From a virus (taxonomy: Duplodnaviria > Caudoviricetes): a stretch of DNA of 64,000 bases. Positions 9,672 through 17,116 of the stretch are shown in pieces (positions within the stretch are counted from its first letter, which is position 1; every line of letters begins with the position of its first letter). The stretch spans positions 1-64,000 of the IMG/VR virus record IMGVR_UViG_3300020172_002590. One strand, 5' to 3'. Position numbers and translations under genes: made by a program. The notes below the pieces were generated by a model that saw nothing but the letters and a program-made list of their open reading frames with translations, did no database searches and was not told the origin of the DNA.

Positions 9672-9767
9672 ATGGATACAATATATTTAATTGCAGTTGT
9701 TGCGGTTTGGTGGACAGTTGGGCTTTTGTGCGGAATTCTTAGCGAAAGAAGAAAAAGAGGGCGGTAA
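9672..9767 (+). CDS. 31-aa single-TM peptide
   Basis: AAGGA SD; MDTIYLIAVVAVWWTVGLLCGILSERRKRGR. Confidence 0.5.
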   Translation: MDTIYLIAVVAVWWTVGLLCGILSERRKRGR

Positions 9768-9818
9768 AAGGTGAGCAAATCTCATTCGGGTGGCCCCCGA
9801 AAAAGACTAATTGGCTCC

Positions 9819-9858
9819 TTGCTCTCTTGCTCTCTTGCTTCCTTGCTCTCTTGCTCCT
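9819..9858 (+). repeat. 5 x 8-bp tandem repeat (TTGCTCTC)
   Basis: ttgctctc ttgctctc ttgcttcc ttgctctc ttgctcct. Confidence 0.85.
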
Positions 9859-9983
9859 TTATCCGTCATGATTGTGGGGATTCCGTGATATGATGTATTC
9901 CGATATGCTATACATCATCGGATACTTTGTAACAGTGAGCGTTTTTGCCACCGTGATATTTAAATCATTTAAGGATTAGAGAT

Positions 9984-10154
9984 ATGGAAAATCAAATAAG
10001 AAGATATAGACCACTATCATTGGGGAGTTCTAAGAAGCTGAAGCCCATTGAATTGAAATCCCATCCCTCTGATATAAGAGATAATAGATCTTTGATTAAG
10101 GGATTCTCAGAAAGAACCCAAACCCGATTTTATATTAAAAAGAAAGAGATATAA
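9984..10154 (+). CDS. small basic hypothetical protein
   Basis: 56-aa ORF, TAATG-coupled to next gene. Confidence 0.5.
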   Translation: MENQIRRYRPLSLGSSKKLKPIELKSHPSDIRDNRSLIKGFSERTQTRFYIKKKEI

Positions 10155-10564
10155 TGTTAACCAAGTTAATTAAAAAACTAAATCAGATTCTCTCACGAAG
10201 GAATCAGACAACCGTAACAGAGAGTGTCTTCTATGATAGAGACAAGATTGAAGAGATTCAAGCCTTTGTTTATAAAGACCTTGATCTTATCAAGAAGAAA
10301 GCTGCTCGAACCGCTTATATCAAGAATCTTCCTCAACCGCTTTCTGAAGAAGCAATCAAGAAGATTAGAGATAATAAGATGGAATTATCCCGTGAACTTG
10401 ATCGCATGTTGCGAGACAAGCAGCTGAGAGACAAAAAGATTGCCGAGATCCAATTCAACAAGCTCTCCGATCTGCAAAACAAGATTAAGAAGCAGTACCC
10501 CGATATCTCCCCGATCCCTCGTCACCCTTCTACTCCGAAAGACAATGAGACAGATACTCCGTAA
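10154..10564 (+). CDS. hypothetical basic coiled-coil protein
   Basis: 136-aa ORF. Confidence 0.6.
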   Translation: MLTKLIKKLNQILSRRNQTTVTESVFYDRDKIEEIQAFVYKDLDLIKKKAARTAYIKNLPQPLSEEAIKKIRDNKMELSRELDRMLRDKQLRDKKIAEIQFNKLSDLQNKIKKQYPDISPIPRHPSTPKDNETDTP

Positions 10565-10875
10565 AAATTTAATACAAATTTTTGACGGTAAACTCCCGAT
10601 CTCAATTGTGATGAAACTCAACCGAACCCGTTTTTTCTAGCGAAGCAACTTTTCCCCAAATTTTAGTATGCAGTCGTGGAAGGCTATGCATGCATACGGT
10701 CGTGGAGAGTCTTTGTCTGTTCGCGGGGTCAATGCCATCGGATACCCCTGGGGGTACCCCTGCCCGATGAGATCCTGCATATTATGCAAGCTCGCGCCTG
10801 CCTGCCCCCGTAGATAGTGGATATCGTTGCATAAATATGCGGCGGGGTGCATAGAATAAATATGTGCGGGGGGGG

Positions 10876-10904
10876 TTGTGTTGGGTCGCCTATTGGGATA
10901 GTAT
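10876..10904 (+). promoter_or_regulatory. cassette promoter P1
   Basis: TTGTGT-N17-TAGTAT. Confidence 0.7.
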
Positions 10905-10947
10905 TTACTTATCGGGCGGGGCGGTCTCGCCCGATAGAAAGGCAGTA

Positions 10948-11250
10948 ATGCGTTCAGTAAATATGGCAATTGAGGAGGGTCTGGAAAGTGTTCTTTACAC
11001 TGTCGGACACGAATCAGGTCGCCGTTCCGATATTGTCCACTTCCTTTACAAGGAAGATATGGAGACTTATGTCCATTCAATCCTTGTGCCCTTGCACTTG
11101 GAAGATGATGGATTAGACCCCGATGACACCACCTCAATGTTCGCCAAGTATGACAAGTACGGCAACTATGAGGTCATCGTCAATATTGACTCTAAGACAT
11201 GGATTAAGAGTTTCAAGGTCACTGCTACCGAACGGTTCATTCAATACTGA
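10948..11250 (+). CDS. hypothetical protein (cassette 1)
   Basis: AGAAAGG SD before ATG 10948, downstream of P1. Confidence 0.7.
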   Translation: MRSVNMAIEEGLESVLYTVGHESGRRSDIVHFLYKEDMETYVHSILVPLHLEDDGLDPDDTTSMFAKYDKYGNYEVIVNIDSKTWIKSFKVTATERFIQY

Positions 11251-11260
11251 TACCCCGCTT

Positions 11261-11328
11261 GCCCCGCCCGCAAGGGCGGGGCAAGTCCCCCCAATGAGAC
11301 CCCGCCCGCAATGCGGGCGGGGTCTTTC
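11261..11328 (+). terminator. tandem GC-rich hairpins/terminator
   Basis: GCCCCGCCC-GCAA-GGGCGGGGC and AGACCCCGCCCGCA-A-TGCGGGCGGGGTCT-TT. Confidence 0.65.
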
Positions 11329-11649
11329 CATTCCCGCCCCATTCACGCCCGCCCCGCAAACGGCTGCATCGATCGTGCTAGGACCGGGACCGAGCTCTAC
11401 ACCCTGCCATATAACTGTACGCATTTATGGGAATTGAGTATGGTCTCTTTATGTGGTTCTCTACACCACCCCAAATAGAGGCTACAAATTATGGGGATTG
11501 AGTATACGTCAAATTATGGGAAACGCTGGCCTTTCAAATTATGGCAGCCTATTTTTTCGAGGGTGTAGGGAACAAAGGTACGACTTTCTTACACCCTTTC
11601 GTCTGACGGTGTATGTGCGAGAAATTTCAACACAAATTCTGAACAATAG

Positions 11650-11678
11650 TTGTGTTTCCCGATAGTTTCCTGTAATCT
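11650..11678 (+). promoter_or_regulatory. cassette promoter P2 (leaderless)
   Basis: TTGTGT-N17-TAATCT, ATG 6 nt downstream. Confidence 0.75.
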
Positions 11679-11684
11679 AACACT

Positions 11685-12194
11685 ATGACAAAGCGTCAAG
11701 CCAAAGCAGGTAATGGTCGCGTGGTGACCAATACCCCCAAGAGTGCGAAGGGTCAAAGCACAGTTACCAAGTCCGCTGTATTGCGTCACATTGCGACAGC
11801 ACGAACAGTGAACCTTAGTCGTGGAGTAAAGGCACACTACGACAACGAAGGCACACAGCGTTTAGCGGAAGCCATTGTCAAGTCATTCCGTATGCCAACA
11901 CTCACGGAAGCGAAACTTGCCAAGAAAGGCAAGGACATGCCCAAGAGCGCACAAGACGGAGCAATGCGTAGAGAGTTTGCTGTAGCACACAAGGCTATCG
12001 CCATAGACATCTCTATCATTCTCGGAGAGAGAAAGGGTGGACAGATTACACACAACCGCCCTGAGAACAACCTACACATGAAACTCGCAGGTATTGCCGT
12101 AGCAATGGGGCTACCTGCTAAGACTTTCTATCCCGTTCGTTCTGAAGCCGTTCGTGACGGTGAAGTGCCTACGGTGTACATAGTACGCCGATAG
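11685..12194 (+). CDS. basic hypothetical protein, paralog of 14212..14694
   Basis: shared YDNEG, MPT, RREFA, ILGE, H.RPEN, AMGLPA motifs. Confidence 0.85.
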   Translation: MTKRQAKAGNGRVVTNTPKSAKGQSTVTKSAVLRHIATARTVNLSRGVKAHYDNEGTQRLAEAIVKSFRMPTLTEAKLAKKGKDMPKSAQDGAMRREFAVAHKAIAIDISIILGERKGGQITHNRPENNLHMKLAGIAVAMGLPAKTFYPVRSEAVRDGEVPTVYIVRR

Positions 12195-12216
12195 AGCGTT
12201 CATAATCCCCCCATTG

Positions 12217-12246
12217 GAGAGCCTACCCGAAAGGGTAGGCTCTCTC
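12217..12246 (+). terminator. intrinsic terminator
   Basis: GAGAGCCTACCC-GAAA-GGGTAGGCTCTC. Confidence 0.75.
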
Positions 12247-12264
12247 TGTGTGTTATGGTCTGGG

Positions 12265-12302
12265 GTGGTGTGACAAAGCCCCAGGGGGCTTTGTCACACC
12301 AC
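12265..12302. repeat. hairpin element H1 (divergent, perfect 18-bp IR)
   Basis: GTGGTGTGACAAAGCCCC-AG-GGGGCTTTGTCACACCAC. Confidence 0.75.
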
Positions 12303-12364
12303 TTCGTATGAGCGTGTCTCTATGAATAAATTTAGTGCAAATTCCAAAAATAATCAGAGAATAG

Positions 12365-12393
12365 TTGTGTTTCCTACTTTTCCGTGTTACATT
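12365..12393 (+). promoter_or_regulatory. cassette promoter P3 (leaderless)
   Basis: TTGTGT-N17-TACATT, ATG 6 nt downstream. Confidence 0.75.
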
Positions 12394-12399
12394 CAGGGT

Positions 12400-12624
12400 A
12401 TGAGAAACTTTTCATACATCACACCAACACTTGACCACAACCTATTCCTGATTTCATTCGCCCGCCCAATTCGCATTCAGAGCAAGTATCTTGACTGCAT
12501 TGTGCGTAAGCGTTTCAATGACGCAATGTTGCGACACTACTCAGGTACTGTCATCATTTTCAATGTGTCTCAAATTGACGAGCGCAATTTCCGTGTTCTC
12601 TGTCTCGTTACGCCAACAGCGTAG
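12400..12624 (+). CDS. hypothetical protein (cassette 3)
   Basis: leaderless ATG 12400 in frame with ORF 12322..12624. Confidence 0.7.
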   Translation: MRNFSYITPTLDHNLFLISFARPIRIQSKYLDCIVRKRFNDAMLRHYSGTVIIFNVSQIDERNFRVLCLVTPTA

Positions 12625-12640
12625 CGAGATAGAGAGCCAG

Positions 12641-12679
12641 GCAGGTGTAACGCCTTGGCATAGCCAGCGTTACACCTGC
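12641..12679. repeat. hairpin element H2
   Basis: GCAGGTGTAACGC-CTTGGCATAGCCA-GCGTTACACCTGC. Confidence 0.85.
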
Positions 12680-12740
12680 GTCTATGTAGTCACTCACTCA
12701 GGCAAATTTAGTGCAAATTCTGAAAATGTTTCTAGAAAAC

Positions 12741-12768
12741 TTGCTATTCCAAATTTTTCAGTTATACT
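12741..12768 (+). promoter_or_regulatory. cassette promoter P4 (leaderless)
   Basis: TTGCTA-N16-TATACT, ATG 7 nt downstream. Confidence 0.65.
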
Positions 12769-12775
12769 CTTACCT

Positions 12776-13060
12776 ATGAAGAAATACAACTCATTCCAAA
12801 TGACACTTCTACCCGTTCGTGAAAACGAAGCAGGTCGTGACATTTACACCGTAGCCGTAACCATTCCCAACTATGAGTTGGGCGAGGACATTCATTTTCT
12901 CGGACTTTCCGCTCGTCAGGCGTTCATTGACGCAACGGAATTCATCAACGGAATTATCGGGCGTATGTGCGGTTTCTGTAGCGGTGTCACCACTGAAGGC
13001 GATGAGACATTCCGTAGCGCGGGCATCTGCCAGCCCTGCTACGAGAAAATCTCACTCTAA
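12776..13060 (+). CDS. hypothetical protein with C-terminal CxxC...CxxC zinc finger (cassette 4)
   Basis: MKKYNSF...CGFC...CQPC. Confidence 0.75.
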   Translation: MKKYNSFQMTLLPVRENEAGRDIYTVAVTIPNYELGEDIHFLGLSARQAFIDATEFINGIIGRMCGFCSGVTTEGDETFRSAGICQPCYEKISL

Positions 13061-13080
13061 GAAAAGGACAGCACACAGGA

Positions 13081-13112
13081 GAGCGGGTCGCAAGACCCGC
13101 TCTTTTCCTTTT
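13081..13112 (+). terminator. intrinsic terminator (identical copy at 13544)
   Basis: GAGCGGGTC-GCAA-GACCCGCTC-TTTT. Confidence 0.85.
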
Positions 13113-13116
13113 CCGG

Positions 13117-13155
13117 GCAGGTGTAAGAGTTCGGCATAGCCGTTCTTACACCTGC
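13117..13155. repeat. hairpin element H3
   Basis: GCAGGTGTAAGAG-TTCGGCATAGCCG-TTCTTACACCTGC. Confidence 0.85.
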
Positions 13156-13244
13156 TTGTCTAAACACAACATAGAACCAGCTTTTAGTGCAAAAAATTAG
13201 TTGTAGTGTACAAATACTTTTTTCAAGTTTTTTTGGAATTGGGG

Positions 13245-13272
13245 TTGTGTTTGCCTTTGGATTTGTTATGCT
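13245..13272 (+). promoter_or_regulatory. cassette promoter P5
   Basis: TTGTGT-N16-TATGCT. Confidence 0.65.
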
Positions 13273-13310
13273 GTGTGTATGGCAATAGTGCCAGAGTGAA
13301 AGGAACTCCA

Positions 13311-13517
13311 ATGCGAGTCTTTGATAGCCCCGACAACAAACTGTCCGACATTCTTGACCAAATGCAGGCAGAAGCCGTTGCTTGGGAGAGCGTATTCTCA
13401 CCACAGTTCATTGCAGGAATGATTTACGCCTGCGAGTGCCTGCGTAACAGCGCAAGCAACATGAAGGGCAACGGCGTTCTCTTGAACGAAGCAGTCCTAG
13501 TTCGCCCAAAAAAATAG
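13311..13517 (+). CDS. hypothetical protein (cassette 5)
   Basis: AAAGGA SD before ATG 13311. Confidence 0.7.
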   Translation: MRVFDSPDNKLSDILDQMQAEAVAWESVFSPQFIAGMIYACECLRNSASNMKGNGVLLNEAVLVRPKK

Positions 13518-13543
13518 AAAGGAGAGTTTTTCTTCTGCGGGAA

Positions 13544-13574
13544 GAGCGGGTCGCAAGACCCGCTCTTTTGCTTT
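13544..13574 (+). terminator. intrinsic terminator (copy of 13081)
   Basis: GAGCGGGTC-GCAA-GACCCGCTC-TTTT. Confidence 0.85.
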
Positions 13575-13578
13575 CCTG

Positions 13579-13617
13579 GCGGGTGTAGATCTATTGGCTC
13601 CGCCGATCTACACCCGC
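13579..13617. repeat. hairpin element H4
   Basis: GCGGGTGTAGATC-TATTGGCTCCGCC-GATCTACACCCGC. Confidence 0.85.
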
Positions 13618-13656
13618 AGGTACGAAATAACAACACATAAAGATTTGAGTATGTGT

Positions 13657-13685
13657 TTGTAATTGCCTTTAGTAACTGATAGGGT
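13657..13685 (+). promoter_or_regulatory. cassette promoter P6 (leaderless)
   Basis: TTGTAA-N17-TAGGGT, GTG 6 nt downstream. Confidence 0.6.
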
Positions 13686-13691
13686 GAAGCC

Positions 13692-13904
13692 GTGACAAAC
13701 ACACACACGCCGACTGAAGTTACAGAGGCAAAATCAGCACCCCGCTACTACGAAGAATTGGTCAAGGACTTAGTTGAGACCCTTGCCCTCGGAGACTTTC
13801 AGGAACTGTTCCTGAACTTCTTGTCTCACTACGAGGACAACCTTGAGGTTCTCAAGACCGCCCGTATCTGCTACGGAGACCTCATAGCCGAAATCTACGG
13901 CTAA
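13692..13904 (+). CDS. hypothetical protein (cassette 6)
   Basis: leaderless GTG; followed by GACCCCCTCTC...GAGAGGGGGTC hairpin. Confidence 0.7.
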   Translation: MTNTHTPTEVTEAKSAPRYYEELVKDLVETLALGDFQELFLNFLSHYEDNLEVLKTARICYGDLIAEIYG

Positions 13905-13960
13905 GACCCCCAGCCCCCCCAGCGGACCCCCTCTCAGAGCGAGAGGGGGTCTTGCTATTG

Positions 13961-14001
13961 GCGGGTGTAGACGCTCGGCTCCGCTCGACTCCTACACCCG
14001 T
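13961..14001. repeat. hairpin element H5
   Basis: GCGGGTGTAG-N21-CTACACCCGT with central GCTCCGC. Confidence 0.8.
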
Positions 14002-14067
14002 GTAATAAAAGCAAATATACCTTTATGTAGAGTATACAAATTCCAATTGATATTGACTTTGCTGCAG

Positions 14068-14107
14068 GCGGGTGTGGTGCAAAGCAAACGCAGTGATCCA
14101 CACCCGC
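14068..14107. repeat. hairpin element H6 (inverted near-copy of H10)
   Basis: GCGGGTGTGG-TGCAAAGCAAACGCAGTGAT-CCACACCCGC. Confidence 0.8.
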
Positions 14108-14176
14108 GAGCTTGATACGATTGTTCCGAGCGTTTTTAGTGAAAAAATGTAATCAGAAAAAAAATTGTGTTAGTAG

Positions 14177-14205
14177 TTGTATTTACTAATGGAGTGCGTT
14201 AGTAT
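14177..14205 (+). promoter_or_regulatory. cassette promoter P7 (leaderless)
   Basis: TTGTAT-N17-TAGTAT, ATG 6 nt downstream. Confidence 0.75.
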
Positions 14206-14211
14206 GTCCCT

Positions 14212-14694
14212 ATGGCATCAACACCTAAGACTACTGCTAAGCAGGGTCGCAATACCAAGTCCACCCCGACCGCAAAGGTCACCTACACGGCAGTAATGGC
14301 GCACATCGCTAGTGCTCGTAGTTTCCGCCTCGCACAAGGCGCAAAGGCTAACTACGACAATGAAGGCGCACAACTACTCGCAAAGGCTGTCGTGAGAGCG
14401 TCTGCTATGCCAACAATGGCGAGTGAAGGTATCACTACCGACAAGGCTCGCCCAATGGCTCAGGCTCGCCGTGAGTTCGCTCGCAAGCGCAAGGCTCACC
14501 TACTCAATGTTTCCGACATTCTCGGTGAAGGTAAGAACGGCGAGATTATCCACGACCGCCCCGAAAATACCATTCGTATTCGCCTTGCGTCTATTGCTAA
14601 GGCAATGGGACTGCCAGCAGACACCTACTACGCCGTGAGAGCGAATGAGTACGCCGTAGGCGACATTCCGCAAGTGTTCATCGTTCGCAAATAG
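14212..14694 (+). CDS. basic hypothetical protein, paralog of 11685..12194
   Basis: colinear similarity over the full length. Confidence 0.85.
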   Translation: MASTPKTTAKQGRNTKSTPTAKVTYTAVMAHIASARSFRLAQGAKANYDNEGAQLLAKAVVRASAMPTMASEGITTDKARPMAQARREFARKRKAHLLNVSDILGEGKNGEIIHDRPENTIRIRLASIAKAMGLPADTYYAVRANEYAVGDIPQVFIVRK

Positions 14695-14759
14695 CGAACG
14701 CCTAACCGCCCCCCCCCAATGAAGCCCCGCTCGTCTGAGCGGGGCTTCACATCGTATGG

Positions 14760-14798
14760 GCGGGCGTAAGATCTGCGCAAGCTTGATCTTACGCCCGC
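14760..14798. repeat. hairpin element H7
   Basis: GCGGGCGTAAGATC-TGCGCAAGCTT-GATCTTACGCCCGC; preceded by TGAAGCCCCGCTC...GAGCGGGGCTTCA hairpin. Confidence 0.85.
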
Positions 14799-14887
14799 GT
14801 GTAATATTACATTGAGACCTTTATGTTTAGTACATAATTTCAAATTATGATTACCTAGAAAAAATAGAAACATTTTTGGAATTGGGG

Positions 14888-14916
14888 TTGTGTTTCTCTA
14901 TTAGTTTGGTTAGTAT
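14888..14916 (+). promoter_or_regulatory. cassette promoter P8
   Basis: TTGTGT-N17-TAGTAT. Confidence 0.75.
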
Positions 14917-14954
14917 GTACATACAAGGCGCAAGCCCCTAACGAAAGAAAAAAA

Positions 14955-15245
14955 ATGAAAGTTCCACCGCTAAAAGTGCAGACCATTGTCCACCTAGAAA
15001 TGCCGTACGACATGTATCTTTTTGTTCTGTATTGCATGGCAACCTACAACAACCCAACAGATGAAGACGCAAAAGCGCTACATAAGAATGCTTGGGAGTT
15101 TGCAGAGTCATTGGGCGCAGAGTCACCTCACCATTTCATTGCAGAAAATGTTCCGTTTATGAAGAACTACTGCACTCAGTTGTTGCAACTGTCAAGCACA
15201 GCAAAAGAGCAAGCAGACCTCGCTTACTCGGCTCTGTATCGCTAA
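14955..15245 (+). CDS. hypothetical protein (cassette 8)
   Basis: ORF between P8 and TGGGGGCAG...CTGCCCCCA hairpin. Confidence 0.7.
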   Translation: MKVPPLKVQTIVHLEMPYDMYLFVLYCMATYNNPTDEDAKALHKNAWEFAESLGAESPHHFIAENVPFMKNYCTQLLQLSSTAKEQADLAYSALYR

Positions 15246-15281
15246 TCCGTTGGGGGCAGGTAACACTGCCCCCATAAGCGG

Positions 15282-15320
15282 GCAGGTGTAAGGCTCTTGC
15301 TTTGCGAGCCTTACACCTGC
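15282..15320. repeat. hairpin element H8
   Basis: GCAGGTGTAAGGCTC-TTGCTTTGC-GAGCCTTACACCTGC. Confidence 0.85.
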
Positions 15321-15513
15321 GTCTGTAATGTTACACGATCAGAAAAATTGAGTGTGTATATGTAATATTACTTAGCCTATCTTTATGGATGTAATATTAC
15401 AATCCTGAACTTTATGGAGCTGTGTAATATAAGAGATCCTGTGTAACATAAGCTGTAATTTTAGAAAACCCGTGTAATACTAGAAAAAAACCTGAAAAAA
15501 CTTGGAAAGGTAG

Positions 15514-15542
15514 TTGTGTTCCTTAGGTAGTTCCTGTATCTT
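15514..15542 (+). promoter_or_regulatory. cassette promoter P9
   Basis: TTGTGT-N17-TATCTT. Confidence 0.7.
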
Positions 15543-15607
15543 TATAAATACCAAAGGGAAACGCCCCGATGGTGCGGAAAGTATCCGCTAGTTAGATAGG
15601 AAAGACA

Positions 15608-15898
15608 ATGGACTTTGAGTTTATTGACGAAAACGACATTCAGGCTGTACGCCGTGGACGTAAGTCCACAGCCCCCGCCGAATTGGTAGATGCGTTTGCC
15701 AAGATGCCAAAGGGTAAGGCTATTCGCCTTACAGGTCTACGCCAAGACCCAACTAGCCCTGAATATAAGAATGACAAGGCAACGGTCTCTGCCACCATTC
15801 GCACAGCAGGCAAGTTGGCAGGCGTAGCGGTCTCTATCAGTTGGTCACCCGATGGTGTTCCACAGGTAAAGACCAAGATGGTCAAGGCTAAGAAGTAG
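15608..15898 (+). CDS. small basic putative DNA-binding protein, FEFIDE family
   Basis: MDFEFIDE.DI..V.RGRKS...ISWSP.GVPQV; AGGAAAG SD. Confidence 0.85.
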   Translation: MDFEFIDENDIQAVRRGRKSTAPAELVDAFAKMPKGKAIRLTGLRQDPTSPEYKNDKATVSATIRTAGKLAGVAVSISWSPDGVPQVKTKMVKAKK

Positions 15899-15985
15899 CA
15901 CCCCCCGCTACCAGCCTTGATAGGGGCTAGGGTGTCTGTCATCACCCTAGCCCCGCCCCTTACCCCGCCCGCCCTAATCAGGCGG

Positions 15986-16025
15986 GCGGGCGTAATGAAG
16001 TCGTTCCTTTGTTCATTACGCCCGC
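15986..16025. repeat. hairpin element H9
   Basis: GCGGGCGTAATGAA-N12-TTCATTACGCCCGC. Confidence 0.85.
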
Positions 16026-16100
16026 TTTTCTAATCGTAACATTACACACAAATTTAGTATGAATTTGTAATATTACATAGAGTAAATCCTGGAGCTTGAT

Positions 16101-16199
16101 CGTGTAATATAAGAGATCGTGTAATATAAGATCGTGTAATAATAGACCGTGTAACTTTATGTCAAGCTGTGTAACATAAGGGATCCCGTGTAACATAAG
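16101..16199 (+). repeat. six iteron-like direct repeats YGTGTAAYAWAAG
   Basis: copies at 16101, 16118, 16133, 16148, 16168, 16187; similar cluster at 15422-15482. Confidence 0.8.
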
Positions 16200-16246
16200 A
16201 AACGGAGATACTTGCACACTACAACTATTATTTTTTCCGTTTGACG

Positions 16247-16275
16247 TTGTGTTTCCCTATTGGCTCGGATAATCT
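16247..16275 (+). promoter_or_regulatory. cassette promoter P10
   Basis: TTGTGT-N17-TAATCT. Confidence 0.75.
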
Positions 16276-16280
16276 AATAC

Positions 16281-16432
16281 TTGTCAGATTGACACTCGGT
16301 TACGGGGTTCGGTTAGGCAGGTGATTTTCACCTAGCAGTTTCCGCCCGTTTCGGTTCTGACCTAGCAAGAGTGAAGGGTCGTAGTAGGCGCACCATAATC
16401 CCCTACAAGTCACCATTGGCAATGGTGATTAT
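16281..16432 (+). ncRNA. candidate structured 5' leader RNA
   Basis: nested stems GTCAGA/TCTGAC, ACGGG/CCCGT, AGGTGA/TCACCT, GTAG/CTAC, TCACCATT/AATGGTGA; possible CACTC/GAGTG pseudoknot. Confidence 0.45.
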
Positions 16433-16463
16433 TCAAAAAAAACTTTCAAGAAAGGCTTTCATA

Positions 16464-16766
16464 ATGGATTTTGAATTTATTGATGAAGGCGACATTGAAG
16501 GCGTAAAGCGTGGTCGCAAGTCGCAGGTTCCACAAGAACTCATTGACTTGTTCAAGGCTATCCCAGCAGGCAAGGCAGTCCGACTGTCTGAGTTTGCAGG
16601 TGACCCAACAGACCCCGATTACAAGACACACAAGCAGAACGCAGGTTCTACTATCCGTCAGGCTAGTAAGCAGGCAGGCATTGAAATCCGTATTTCATGG
16701 TCGCCCGCAGGCGTTCCGCAGGTGTCTCGTAAAGCGCCTAAAAAGGTCGCCAAGTCTGCCAAGTAA
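16464..16766 (+). CDS. small basic putative DNA-binding protein, FEFIDE family
   Basis: start MDFEFIDEG at 16464 with AGAAAGG SD; close paralog of 15608..15898. Confidence 0.85.
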   Translation: MDFEFIDEGDIEGVKRGRKSQVPQELIDLFKAIPAGKAVRLSEFAGDPTDPDYKTHKQNAGSTIRQASKQAGIEIRISWSPAGVPQVSRKAPKKVAKSAK

Positions 16767-16828
16767 TTAGGCAGGCGTAGCGCACATACCGCCTAGAGTG
16801 CCGAAGCACTGCAACGGTATGGAAAATG

Positions 16829-16870
16829 TAACCCCGACACACTCGCCAAGTGTGTCGGGGTTCTTTTTTT
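16829..16870 (+). terminator. intrinsic terminator
   Basis: AACCCCGACACACT...AGTGTGTCGGGGTT plus T-run. Confidence 0.85.
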
Positions 16871-16882
16871 GCCCGCTTACGG

Positions 16883-16922
16883 GCGGGTGTAGATCACTGC
16901 GTTTGCTACGCACTACACCCGT
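16883..16922. repeat. hairpin element H10
   Basis: GCGGGTGTAG-ATCACTGCGTTTGCTACGCA-CTACACCCGT. Confidence 0.85.
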
Positions 16923-17043
16923 GTAATGTTACACATCTTTATCGTAAATTATAATACATATTTGTAATCACATTATAGCTAATATATTTTATTACCTTTA
17001 TGTAATCTTTATGGGGGTATGTAATATTACATACCATCGCGCA

Positions 17044-17082
17044 AATAAAAAAAAAGAAAGGGTAGCATTTCTGCTACCCTTT
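17044..17082 (-). terminator. intrinsic terminator for 17117..17431
   Basis: AAAGGGTAGCA...TGCTACCCTTT with T-run on minus strand. Confidence 0.75.
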
Positions 17083-17116
17083 CCCGGACTCTTAGTGAAC
17101 TATTTGTTTTATTTAT

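Noticed and set aside
10637-11665. ORFs 10637..11137, 11123..11437, 11134..11424, 11453..11665
   Set aside because: They run through GC-rich hairpins and promoters, have Pro/Gly/Arg-biased translations and lack start signals
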